From the human T2T-CHM13v2.0 reference genome, Homo sapiens, in NCBI RefSeq assembly GCF_009914755.1, contig NC_060935.1: a stretch of DNA of 64,000 nucleotides; one strand, 5' to 3'. Position 1 is the stretch's first letter. Every line of letters begins with the position of its first letter. A program made the translations under genes and the position numbers. A model generated the notes under the pieces. It had not been told where the DNA came from. It saw only the letters and a list, made by a program, of their open reading frames with translations, and made no database searches. Positions 36,709 to 49,775 of the stretch are shown one piece after another.

Positions 36709-37639
36709 CCTATATACTTTTCTAAAGTGATGTGTCCAGTTCAGAAACATCCCTTAGGCAGCCATTCTGCCCTCAACTCTTCTGAGTTACCTGATCTTTA
36801 CACTGGGCATAAAAAAAAAACTCACCTCACTGGGCTGCTGTGAGGAGTAACATTGACATTCATTAAGTGTGCCCCTAACGACAGGCAAGAATAGATGCTT
36901 GGTGCACGGTAACAATGAGGAGTCATCATTATTCTAGGTGAGAGTGAGATAAGTCGGCTAGGACCTTGGCTCTGCTCCTAAGTAGCTATACGACCCTCGC
37001 CTGCACGGATATAAAAATATCTGCCTCATAGAACTTGTGAGAGTCAAGTGAGGTGATTCGATGAAAAAGGTTTGCAAACTGGAAATGCTGATTCCTATTA
37101 TTGACATTATTATTGTGATTCTTACCTTGGTGAAGTGTTCCTCTCAAGGCCCCAGGGGGGTGGGGATGGGAGTGGGGGTGGGGATGGAGCCAGGAAGCAG
37201 CCAGCGGCTGTTGCAGGGGTGGGAGGGTCACTCCTCCAGACTCCCACAGGAACCTGGGAGCAGCAGGGGCTCCATCTGCCCTGGTCGCCCTCCACAAGCA
37301 GGGGCAGCAACACCTCCTTGGTGGCCAGGTGTGAGTGAGCACTTAAGAGTGCGCCTGTGTGTCTGTGTTTGTGCCCCTGCAGGAAGGTGTGGTGGGCACA
37401 GGGATTGCCAGTGTCTGCAGCCAGAAACCACTATGGACGAGGAAGAATGGGGATGTAATTGGATTTCAAAGATGCTTGGAGTGAGACTACTGTTATCACC
37501 TGGGACTGCAGGAGAGAGGCCTGCGGAGCGGGGGTTGGGCCTAGTCTTTGGGGTTGGGGCCAGGGGAAAGGTTTCAGCACTGATGGGCACGTGTGGAGGA
37601 ACATGATGTTGTCAGAGACCTGTTGTGGTTGAGCCCAGG

Positions 37640-37835
37640 GATTTTGGACCTGACAGATCTGGGTTCAAGTCCTGGTTATGGGACCATGGGCCAGTGATTT
37701 CACTTCTCTAGGCCTCAGTTTGCTCATCTGTAAAATGGTGATAATAACAGGGCCTACCTGGTGGGAGTTATTGGAGGTTTAGCAGAGAGGCTGCACGTGA
37801 AGCCCTTAACATGGGGCAGGCACATCGACAGTTAT
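37640..37835 (+). mobile_element. MIR
   Basis: ctgggttcaagtcctgg...ggcctcagtttgctcatctgtaaaatgg. Confidence 0.75.
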
Positions 37836-39569
37836 CAATCAGTGCCACTGGTGTTATTATGCGGCAGCCTGGGAGGAGCGGAGGGAGAGGGCCTCAGGAG
37901 TGCTGGTGCATTCTCAACTGGAACAGGGAGCTCTGGGGTGAGAGTTGTCTAGCCAGGGTTCATTGAAGCTGGCACAAAACCCAGAGAGAAGGAGCCTCCA
38001 TCCCACAACACAAGGACTGAGGCAGAGAGCTGGGCTTTCACAACTGCTTCTGGTTCCCCTTCCTGGTTTCCTCTCATTTCCTCCAGAGCTTCGTTCTCTG
38101 TGAACCTGCCTGGTGAGGAGAACTCTGTTACACATAGCTTTGGGGACTGGAAGGAGCAGCTGGGAGCTCAGGAACTCCCAGGCAGGCCTCCCCAGTGCTT
38201 CCTGCCCCCACCCCTCCAGAGTGAGCACTGACCAGCCCTCCTTCCCCGACCCCACACAACTGCCAGCTGCTTCCCTCCAGTGACTCATCCCCACCACCTC
38301 TGTTGCTACACCAGGACCAGGAAATGTCAAGCAGTTTCTTATCTGTGGGAGAGAGAACTGATCAGGATGGGGGTGGAAGAAATGAGGCTCAGATCTCCCC
38401 AAAGAAAGTGTATGACAGCTAGGGGACCAGAAGACCATGGCCAGCCCTTTCCTGCTTCCTGTGGGGGAGGGCTCAAGGAGGCAGTATGAGAGTGGGATTT
38501 AGCCACTAGAACCATCCTGGATTTAGGTTCAAGGTCCTAGTCCTCTTCTAACCGGCTCTGTGGCCTTAGGCAAGTAACTCAGTGTCTCTGAGCCTCAGCG
38601 TGTTCATCTGCCAAATGGAAAGAAGAAAATCATGATGATGCATAGGGTACCTGGGGGGTTAAGTGAGATAGTACATGTGAGTCCGGAGCTCACAGTCAGT
38701 TCTCAATGAATGTTCATTGACTCAATTAATGAATGGACATGTGGAAATGGCGGTGAGCTGTGTGCATGTGGCCATCTGCAAGAAATCCACCCTCCACCAG
38801 CTGGGAGAGTCGGGGAGATGTCTGTGGACCTTGTATCGCAGGCCTGGGACACTGTTGCTCTGTGCTGGTACTGAAGGGACGGCTTCCAAAACTCAGGGCA
38901 GATGGAGTATGGAGTACCCCTTGTCAGCATAGCTGACTTAAGAACCTCAGGCTGGGTCCAGATTTTCAGAGTGCTGAGCCCTGGCCAAGAAAAGAATTGC
39001 TATGCAGGGAAGTGAGTAGCAGATTTTGGACCCTCATCTTGGGCGACCCCCAGGACCTCTTCACAGTGAGTGCCCAGAGCAGCCACTCTGGGCTGTGGGA
39101 TCATAGTCTTGGACCCTGGGCAGCCGGCTAGGCCAATGGCCACCGCTTCACTTGCCTCCTGTCCAATGATAAAACCCCAGGGGCTTTATCATTATTTCAA
39201 AAAATAGCATTCTGAGCCCGTACTATGTACCAGACGCTGGTCTAGAATCTTACATGTCATTAATCCTAACAAATCTCACGAAGTTGGTACCATTACTAGT
39301 CCCATTTTATAGATGGCAAAACGGAGGCCCACTGAGTTACATAACTTACCCAAGATCACACCCTAGAAAGCAGGGAGGTGGGACTGGAACCCTGGCAGTC
39401 TGGCCCAGAGCTCAGGTGGTTCTGGTGCTGCCGCTGGCCAGGGCAGGCATTGCTGATCCCTTGTAAGGCCTGCCACTCCTGGACCACCCCCACCCCAGTG
39501 AAGCCATACAGTTTGGGGACAGTAAGTCACCTGCGGACCGACAGGAACATCTGACAAATAGATTCTAGT

Positions 39570-39757
39570 TTATAAATCTCTTTAGAGTGTATGAGTCTCA
39601 AAGCCTACTTGGGGGCAGGAAAATGTTAGAAACACAAATTCTCATTTCCACCTCAGACAACTGAAACTCTGGGAAAGGAAGTCACAGGGGCAACAATCTG
39701 TCGTCCAACAGCCCCCCACGTGATTCTGATACAAGCCAAAGATTGAGAACCATTGCT
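39570..39757. mobile_element. MER5A-like remnant
   Basis: tgttagaaacacaaattctc...gtgattctgatacaagccaaagattgagaaccattgct. Confidence 0.6.
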
Positions 39758-41439
39758 TTAGAATTTGCAAAGCAGATTCCTAGATTATCTAATTTAAATG
39801 GGCACTTTGCTATTATTCGGCTCATTTTACAGGTAAGGCTAATGAGTTTCCATTTGCCAGCTATCACCCATCAGGGAAGTGAAGATGGGCCTGGAACCCA
39901 CACTTTTTGATTCTGGAATATTCTTGTTTGCCCTCCTGGGACCGGGCTGCTGAGCAAGGTGGGTGGGCGAGGGACTCTGAGCTGAAGGGCAGGGTGAAAG
40001 ACCAGAGGGGAGGGGAGGGAAGGGATTCCACCTCCTTCCCTCCTGGGTGAGGAGCGGGCAGCGTGGATAATTCCCTCGGAGGCGCCCCAACCCAAATCTA
40101 CATACATAAAGCCCAGGCTGGCGTTTTGAGTGATCGGTTTATTAATACAGCGGGGCCGCTGCCGAGGCGGATCGCAATAACAAAGAAGGCCTCTCCGCCA
40201 CCCACCAGAGGCGTCGTTATGTAATTGCTCCGAGGAGGAGCAGAGGGCTGGGGCGCGCCGCGGGTGCTGGGGGCTCGGCCAGCAGGGAAGCTGCGATCCG
40301 GGTCTCTGGGGATCCGAGCCGGCGGCGGATGGAGGGAACACTTGCTGGAGAGTCATCAGCCCTTCACCTGGTGCTCTCCTCCTCCCACGCACCGGTCAGC
40401 GGTCAAGGGGCGGGTTAACACCGGTTTGGCAGGGCGCAGACCTCCGCCCACCCGGGAGAATTGACCCCGGAGGCAGATCTGCAGACCCAGAGGACCCCAG
40501 GGCTGACCCAGGGCCTCCCCTCCGCCACTCACCACCGCCCATCCTTGCCCCACTCTCACCCTGGGATGGGGGAGAGAGAGAAATGACCAACTTTTTGCGC
40601 GACTTCTGTGGGCAACCTCTGTGAGGTAGTCCATTTTTAAAATGGAGAACTGAAGCCCAGAAAGGGCTGGCTTCATGTACCAGGGTTTTGAATCCCCAAA
40701 TTTGTCAGCTTCGAAGCCCACATTTTTTTCCCTTGGATGCCACAAGGGGTCTTTATAACCACCACGGATCGGTTTTTGCCACAGTTTCTCCAGATGCTGT
40801 GGTACTTCAACCCTCCTGGCCTTTGCAAACGCTGAGCCCTCTACCAGGCATCTCTGAGAAGTCCTTCCCAGCCCTCCCCGACCCCCACTCACACCCCCCA
40901 CACATCCTAGGAAGCCTTGGAGGCTACCTCTTCCAGCTCTGGGAGCAGCTGGTGACAGCATCTGCCACACTGCTTCATGGGAACTACTATCTTCTGTCTG
41001 TCCCCATCAGGCCACGTGCTCTGGGATGGTGGCTCCAAGGAGCCTAACACATCTTCTTCACTCAGCCACTCCATCTCACCCCTCAGTGCAAGGCTGGGCA
41101 CACAGCACTGGGTGAATTTAAAGTGAAGGTTTGAAGCCTCAGGCGGATTTAATGCTTAGTGACAGTCTTCAGACCTTCCCTTCAAAACTCCACACACTCA
41201 CCTCTGGCTATGCCAACTCCTAAGTGTGTGGCCTCTGGCAACTTCTGTAGCCTCCCTGGGCCTCTGTTTCTCCATTGTACAACAGGGCTCACAGCAACCC
41301 CGAATCTCATGATGCTAGTTAGTGTTTACTGAACACTTACTATATGCTGGGCACTGTGCCAAGCACCTGCAGTGGGTGGCTTCGTGAACTCTGCACACTG
41401 GCCCTGTGGAGGTAGTTGCTGTTATTATCTCCATTTTAT

Positions 41440-41488
41440 AGATAAGTAACTCTCAAAAAAAAAAAAAAAAAAAAGATAAGTAACTCTC
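41440..41488 (+). mobile_element. Solo poly(A) insertion with 15-bp TSD inside a MIR
   Basis: agataagtaactctc - A19 - agataagtaactctc. Confidence 0.8.
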
Positions 41489-42629
41489 CCAAGTCTCCAG
41501 CTGATAAGAGACACAGCCTGGATTCAAACCGTGCTCCTTCTGTCCCCTGGGTTTCTGACTCCCTTTCACAGGACTATTTTGATAATTAGAAGAAAAACAG
41601 TTAAGGGTCAGCATGCAGCAGGTACTTAATAATGTTTCTGCCCTCCACCGTAAAGGTCCCAGGGCAGCTCTCCTTTTCCCCTTCCATTCTCTCCCCCATT
41701 GCCACAGGCCCCAGGGCATTCTGGGAGCCCCTCTGTTCAGGGTGGGGCTGAGCAGGGGGAGGCAGGAGGACCCAAGTGTTCTGGTTCCTGAGTATAAATA
41801 AGTGATTGTTTTATATCCTTACAGTAAGAGAAGGGCATAGCATACATTTGCCAGTCTAACAGGTTGAGCTGCAACTTCCCTGTGTTTTGCCAATCGCTGA
41901 TATGTGTTTTCAGCCCAAGGCAGTAAACAGAAGCCCACTCTGCCTGGCAGTTCCATGGTCCTGGAGTGAGGAAGGGCATCTGACCCGGAAGCTCTCAGAT
42001 CAACTATCTAGGCCTACTGAGAAAGTAAGTGTCAGTGGGGATACTGAGATAGGGAGAGTTCCTGTGGGTCTCCCCCAGGCCATGAGAACTCGAGCAGGAC
42101 TCCTCCCTTCTCTCAGTGTACACAACAGAAAATGGGGATTATATATGCAGAGAGGGAGAGAATAATTACTACTTATCAATGACCATGTAGAGCAAGGCTG
42201 CAGGGTGCTACACCTATGGCAGATGGAGTGGTGCAGTGCACAGCCTGTGCAGCAGGACTTGGCAGCCTAAGGGGACAGGCCATCATAGATCTACAGCTTC
42301 ATCCTGCAAGATTCATAATAAGCTTTAGATTATTCCAGCTAAAACAAATGAAGGAATGAATGCATGCGTACAGACATAGATACATCCACAAAACGAGTGA
42401 TGAATGCAACCCCAGTTATGAATCAGAGAAGCTCATAATCTAGTGCAAGAGACAGACATCTGAGCAGTTGCTACTCCTAGCTCCCCTCTTGTTCCGGGCT
42501 CTGTCCCGGGTTAGGACCTTGCCTTTGTCCCTGCTGTTCCTTCGGCTTGACCTTTCTTACCCATCACACCCCAGTCTTCATCTGCCAGCTCTTCACCATG
42601 CTTCTCTTATCTCAGCTAAAATGTTTCCG

Positions 42630-43112
<483 letters not shown>

Positions 43113-44169
43113 CTACTCAAGGGCAGGGCTGTATCTCGTTTCCTGCTATGCCTTTGTGCCTAGCACAGTGCCAAGCACACGGCAGGTATCTGAACAGTGT
43201 GGGAAGAGAAAAGGTGGAGGGGAGATGGTTGGGGGTAGACTGTGAGAGTGGAGGTGGCTCAACGCTCCCACCCCCAACCTCACACACAGCACCCTTAGCC
43301 CAGGCACTGATCCCAGGAGTCTAAGAAGCTGATTAGAACTGCCCATGGCTGCAGCTAACCTCGGAACTATGCCCCACCACCTGCTGTCATCTCCCTGCCC
43401 CCACTCCTACTTCCCTCTCTCCTGCCTCCCCAGGGGTCCGGGGCAGCCTCCCCCTCCCCCACCCCATGGTGAGAAATCCCAAAGACTCCTGGGCCTTTCT
43501 CTGCTGCCCGGCTTTCCCGCCTCCCCTTTTTCTTTCTCTTCCTTCTGCTTTGCCTCACATTCAATCTCTCCCTCCCCCAGCCTGGTGAATCCAAACTGAA
43601 AAAAAAAAAAAAAAAAAAAAGGCCCACACAACAGCTTCAACAGTGAAAAATAACCAATTTAAGGAGTAATCGCTGCTGTAATGATTGTCTAAGCCCTGAG
43701 TCACTGCAGAAAATCGGACTGAAGCTCTGGGACTCCCAGGCTCCCTGAGAGTGTCATATGGGTTTTTGTTTTTGTTTTTTTAAATATCCAGGACCTCAGT
43801 GTCTCCATCTGTAAAATGGAAGGAATATTATCAGCCCAAAGGAACTGATTGTTAATCTCCTGATTTTCCCTGGGGCTGGGAATCAGAGGTTAAGGTGGTC
43901 CACACAGTTGGCTTGGGAATCACCACGGGACACATTCTTCTACCACAGGACCCATGGGAGAAATGTGGTGCCTGGCAGGTGCTGAGAGACTCACAGCTTC
44001 GAGGGTCTCTGGGAAAGGTTTCTAGAGATTGTGGTGTTTAACTGAGCTGGGAAGGATGAATGGGTGAATGAGAGCTATGGGAAGTGATGGAGTGATGGAA
44101 AGTCAGCTCTGGAAGAGACTAGACACCTCATCTTGCCCTATGCTCTCATTTTACAGATGAAGAAACTGA

Positions 44170-44577
<408 letters not shown>

Positions 44578-46657
44578 TCCAGTGCTCTTTCTTATGATAC
44601 CAGCCTAGCTCATAGGAACAGTAAGTACAGTGTGTGGAATGCTCACCGTGAGCCCAGCGCTGTGCTAATGCCTTATGCGCATGTGCACCATTGTCTTTCA
44701 TTCTTGGAATAATCCTATAAGGTAGGATTAGAATATAGGTCCTGTTATATCTTAGTAAAGTTCACAGAGGTTCAATGGCTTATTCAGGGACACATAGCAG
44801 GGCTTTCTTGGCCCTGCAGCCCCTCCTGGCTTCTCTATTCTCCAACATGATCTAACATGGAGGGGTCTAAGCAGAGAGAGGGGCTTCTGGCCTGCACCCG
44901 TGGGTGGGCTGCCCTTCCCTCTAGTCTCTGTCCTCTCTAAGGAGGGTTGGAAAGGGGCCCCTTCCCTAGAGGGGAGGGAGCCTGGGCTTTCCCTGGAAGA
45001 AGCTCCCACAGGAATGGAAGCCAGATTGTCAAGGAGACAGGAGGCATACATTTAAAATCCCCATCAATAAGAGCCTGCCTTGCCAGGGCACATCTTTGAA
45101 ATGCTAGGCTCTCCTGGTGAGTGCATTCCAGTTCCACGGGGAGGAAACCAGGTGGGATTAAAGGAGGTGGAACAATGTCCAGGGGTGGGAGGGACCAACC
45201 TGCCCCTCACCCAGACTCCACACTGGAATGAGCATTGCAGACAAGGAGCTATCTCCTAGGAAGCCAGGATATTGCATTGGGCACCACAGAAGCAGGGCCA
45301 CCCATAAGATAAGGAAAAATGTTTTTAAACAATTTTATTTACAAAAATGTATTAAAGTACTGTTGTCATCATGGGATTTCCTTACAGTTACAGTTTAGTG
45401 TTATTTTTGTTTAGAATTCATTGGGGATGAGGGGAGACACCATAGTCTTTTCAGGACTTAGGGCCTTTAAATATTGTAGCTGTGCAGGGGCAGAATGGAG
45501 GGGCATGTTTAAGGGCCATCCCTGATCTCCCCAGGGGACTGGTGTCCAAAAGCCATTAACTAAGGAGCCTGAAGTACTGGGTACCGTGCCTAGCTCTGGT
45601 ATGAATTTACAGCATCAAATTTACTTTATGAAACTGTATGCATTTTGGGGCCTTGATTTCCTCACCTATTAAATGGGTATAGTTACTATTGCTCCACCTA
45701 TGTCACTGACCTTTAATTGTCATTCAGGCTAGAAATGAACAGAGACAGCCGGATGGGAGTGCCCAGGAGAACTTCAGGGACTCAGTTGTAAAGTTTATTA
45801 CAAATGCAGATTCACAGGCCCCTCTCCAGACCTCCGGGGTCCAAATCCATGGGGTTTGAGCTGAGAGATCTGCATTTGTAGCCACTCCTCTCTCCCCTAC
45901 TCAAGTGATCTGATGCTCATCACAGAGAGAACTCACCAGGAGCCAGAGATTCGGGTTCCTCCAATGGGCTGCCACCTCTGGCAAATGGCTGATGCCTCCT
46001 GCATGAAATCAGGGGACTGACCTGGGTGGCATCTGCAGGTGCAGCCTTCGTGGTACCTCTCTGAATGGCCTGGGCTGGGGCTGGCTGGCCAGTGGGAGGT
46101 GGAGAGGGCAACCCAGGACAGAGGCCCTGTGAGGCAGGGCCAGGACTTGAAGTCTGGTGCTGACAACTTCTCGAAGAGGAGGGTGGACCCCACCGCCCCA
46201 GCTTCCTGCTGGGCCCCAAGGCTCCGGAGACTCAGGTGGGCCATCTGCTCAGGCCTGGGCTGGGGAAGGGGGGCAGACACAGACCGCCCAGTACTGAATG
46301 GCCTCTCTGTTGGGCCCCAGCCTGAAGAACAGATGGCCTGAGGGCCGCTGGTGCTGGTGGGTGAGGGGGCGACAGAGGCCGGGCCTCCCCCTCCCGCTGG
46401 CTAAGTCACAGAGATCTCTCTTCCTGAGTGAGAAAGCCCTCAAAAGGCACCCTTGGTGACAGCAGCCAGGAAGAAGTGAGTTTAAGGGGGATTAGCAGGT
46501 CCCCACAGCAGGCTGCTGGGGGAAGGCTGGGAAGCTGCCTGGCACCTGCAGCCTCCACTGGAGCCAGAAGGGAAGTGGGGATACCTGGTGTGGGAGGGCA
46601 GGGGCCGGCAGAGCTTTAGGCCCAAGGAAAGCCTAGGCATCACTCACTCCCAACCTC

Positions 46658-46696
<39 letters not shown>

Positions 46697-46980
46697 AGAC
46701 GGAGTCTCATTCTGACGCCCAGGCTGGAGTGTGGTAGTGGTGTGATCTCGGCTCACTGCAACCTCCGCCTCCTGGGTTCAAGCGATTCTCCTTCCTCAGC
46801 CTCCTGAGTAGCTGGGATTACAGGTGCCCACCACCACTCCTGGCTAATTTTTATATTTTTAGTAGAGACGGGGTTTCACCATGTTGGCTAAGCTGGTCTC
46901 AAACTCCTGACTTCAGATGATCTGCCTGCCTCGGCCTCCCAAAATCCTGGGATTACAGGCATGAGCCACAGCACCTGGCC
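46658..46980 (-). mobile_element. Alu (AluS-type), full length
   Basis: (CTTTT)n/T tail and both monomers. Confidence 0.95.
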
Positions 46981-48404
46981 TCCCACCAGTTTTTCTGATG
47001 GGAAAACTGAGGCCTGGGAAGGCACAGATCCCTCGCTCCACATCACGCCGCAAGTCAGTGGCAGAGCTGGGAGTGGAACCTAGACATCCTGATGCCCTAT
47101 TTGAGGCTCCTCCTGTCCCTCCTCCAGCTTCCCTCCTGACAGTCCTCCTTTCCCTCCTCCCTCCCCTCCACTCTGCCTCCCTCTCCTGAGGCCTGGCCAG
47201 GCCTCCCCACCTCTGTGTCTCTACCACCCTCTTCCTCTGGCCTGAAATGCTCTCCCACTTTAGCTGCTGCAGAGTCTTCAAACCTCAATGCAAGTCCCCA
47301 CCTCCTGCAGGAAGTCTTCCAACCCATCTTCCGAACCTAAGCAACCAGAATGCGAGACCCCTGCACCGTCCACTTGGGATTGTCGAGGCCAATGCCTTCA
47401 TGATAGAGAATCAGTACCTGAGAGTCAAACGGAAAGACTATTAGAAATGTTCCGCACAGCTGCTTCCCCCAGCCATTCTCCTGAGCTTCATTTTTCTTTA
47501 AAAATATATTAAAAAGAGCTTCACTCCAGAGAGGCTGTCAAGGAATCTGGTAAAACAAGGGTCCCTTTCAGTTCTTCTCTTGAAAGGGGATATTTTTTCT
47601 GCTTTCTCTCCAAGGTTTCCCAGAGGGTCGGATTTCCTTTTCTTTCAGAGGTAGGAGCTGAGCCACGCCTGCAGACACCTGCTCCTCAGCTTTGGAGATA
47701 ATCGCGGGGTGATCAGCTCTGCAAAGGGCCTCACAGCTGCTGGGCCTGAACCAAAAGGGCCTCAAGGGAGAAGCTTTGAGGGGAATGTGGGAGGGGGAGA
47801 GCAAGGGCGTCCCCTTTTGGGGAGAGACCCAGGTGTGAATCACTGATCCAACATTTACTAGGCCTCTTGCCTGGGAAAAGACTTTGAGCTGCCTCTGTGC
47901 CTCCCTGGCCAGGCTATGGGGAGGTCTTGCACAAGGTTTGGTAGCCAAAGGGGAGAAGTTGGGCCTCAGCCCCTGCCCTCTCAGAGGCCCAGCCCAGGGA
48001 CAGAATCCACCAATCGCAACAACCACTCATGTCTCAAGATTCCTCAGTCCACTTAGCCAAGAGTGTCCCTGACTCTGCCCTTCACCTGCGTTCCGGGCAG
48101 TGCTCGTGCCCTGACTTGCTGGGTGTCTTTAGGAATGACCCTGGCCCTCCTGACACTCCAAGTTCTCAGCCCTCTAGGCAGAAAGTGGACACCACTTTCT
48201 CAATAGCCTCTTCCACTCCTGGAAAACTACTTCAGGCTTTCTCTGAGTTCCTTGAAGCTGGGCTTCCAGCTCCCTGGTATGAGGAGGGAGGCTGGGGAGG
48301 GCTGAGGCCAGGGAGGTGGGAGTTTCCCCATAGCTAGCAGCTTCCAGCTGTGACAAGCCCAGTCCAAGGAAACATTTGTAGATCCTCTCAGACCTGATTC
48401 GTTC

Positions 48405-48935
48405 ATCTCATTATTCATGCATTTATTGAGCACCTACAATATCCCGGGACCATGCTGGTCTCTGGGCATATAGCAATGAAAACAGCAGACATGGATCCTC
48501 TCTGATGAACTCCAAGCACATTGCCTAGTTGGGGAGACAGTAGTCAGAGTCCATGAGCAGATTTACATAGTGACAACATGTGATGGGCACTTTAAAAGTT
48601 ATAAAGGAAGCCCTGAGACAGTCACTGGGGGGAGAGTAATATTCTTTAGATGAGGGGCCGATCCAAGCTTCTCTGAAGGGTGACCTTGGAGCTGGGACCT
48701 GAAGGATGAGAAAGGGAACCTGCCATGTGTCATATGGGGGGCCACGAGTGATGCTGAAGGAGCGGCGGGGGCCAGAGCTGGTAAGAAGTTTTACTTTTCC
48801 CCAAGACCTATCATGAGCCATGGGGAGCAAGTGAAGGGCAGTGATTTGGTCAGGTTCACAATTTCCTAAGCTAATGCTGGTTTCTGTTTGCAGTTGGATT
48901 GGATTGGAAGGGAGAGGGACAGTGAGGAGTTCTAG
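48405..48935 (-). mobile_element. L2 fragment
   Basis: ttcatgcatttattgagcacctac (reverse of the L2 3' end) followed by L2-like body. Confidence 0.7.
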
Positions 48936-48939
48936 AGAC

Positions 48940-49775
48940 ACAAGGGTCTCCAAAGTGGGGGGCACGCAGGCACTGCAGGAGGTGTTTAAGGGACTTATTT
49001 AAGGAGAAAGGAATATTAATTTTTTTATTTCTATTTCTATTTCATCCAAAAAAGAGAAAAGAATTCAGCATTACTAGTATTTATAGATTGACGCTGATGT
49101 CCATATTAGGTCTTTATATGAAATGTCACTAGAGGAAAGAATGGGAGCTGGACCACACAGAAAGGCCAGCCACTCTGCCCTCACTCTCGCTGTTGGCATT
49201 TAGAAGAATTTTTCTACTCATTTGAGACCAGTTATGCAGATTCATAGATTTATCAAATGGATACATGACTTAGAAAGAAGCCAGACAAAGGAGGAACAAA
49301 GAAAAAAGTGAAAAATGCTGAACCTAACTCAAATGTTGGATGATCAAAAGCATGGCGTGGCGTGGACACGTCACTCCTGATGGTGCCACTCTGGCCAACA
49401 GAGGAAGGAAAAACGGTGACAATCCAGTTGGATCCCACAAGAAGGTGGCCCCCAGATTTATACTATGAATGAGAAGACAATTTGAAATAAGAATTTATGT
49501 CCACTATTATTACTAATGAACCTAGCTACACTGTATATTTTTGCTTTGTTAATAAAGGTAATAGTGGTAAAAAAGAAATCATCCATAGTAATTAAGGAAT
49601 TTTAAAATATTTTATCTTGGTTTTATTTTTTAAATTTGTATTTTTGTGCATGTTTGACAATGTTCATGTTGGTATAGTCATGCATGATTATTATTTATAA
49701 ATGAATTACTAGATTGAGTATGTGTGATTGACATTTTTTGCTGTTTTAAGGGCATGAGCAAACTAAGTAGAGAGG
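48940..49775. mobile_element. AT-rich probable DNA transposon remnant (hAT-Charlie-like)
   Basis: agggtctccaaagtggggggcacg resembles a hAT terminus; abrupt AT-rich block in a GC-rich region. Confidence 0.35.
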
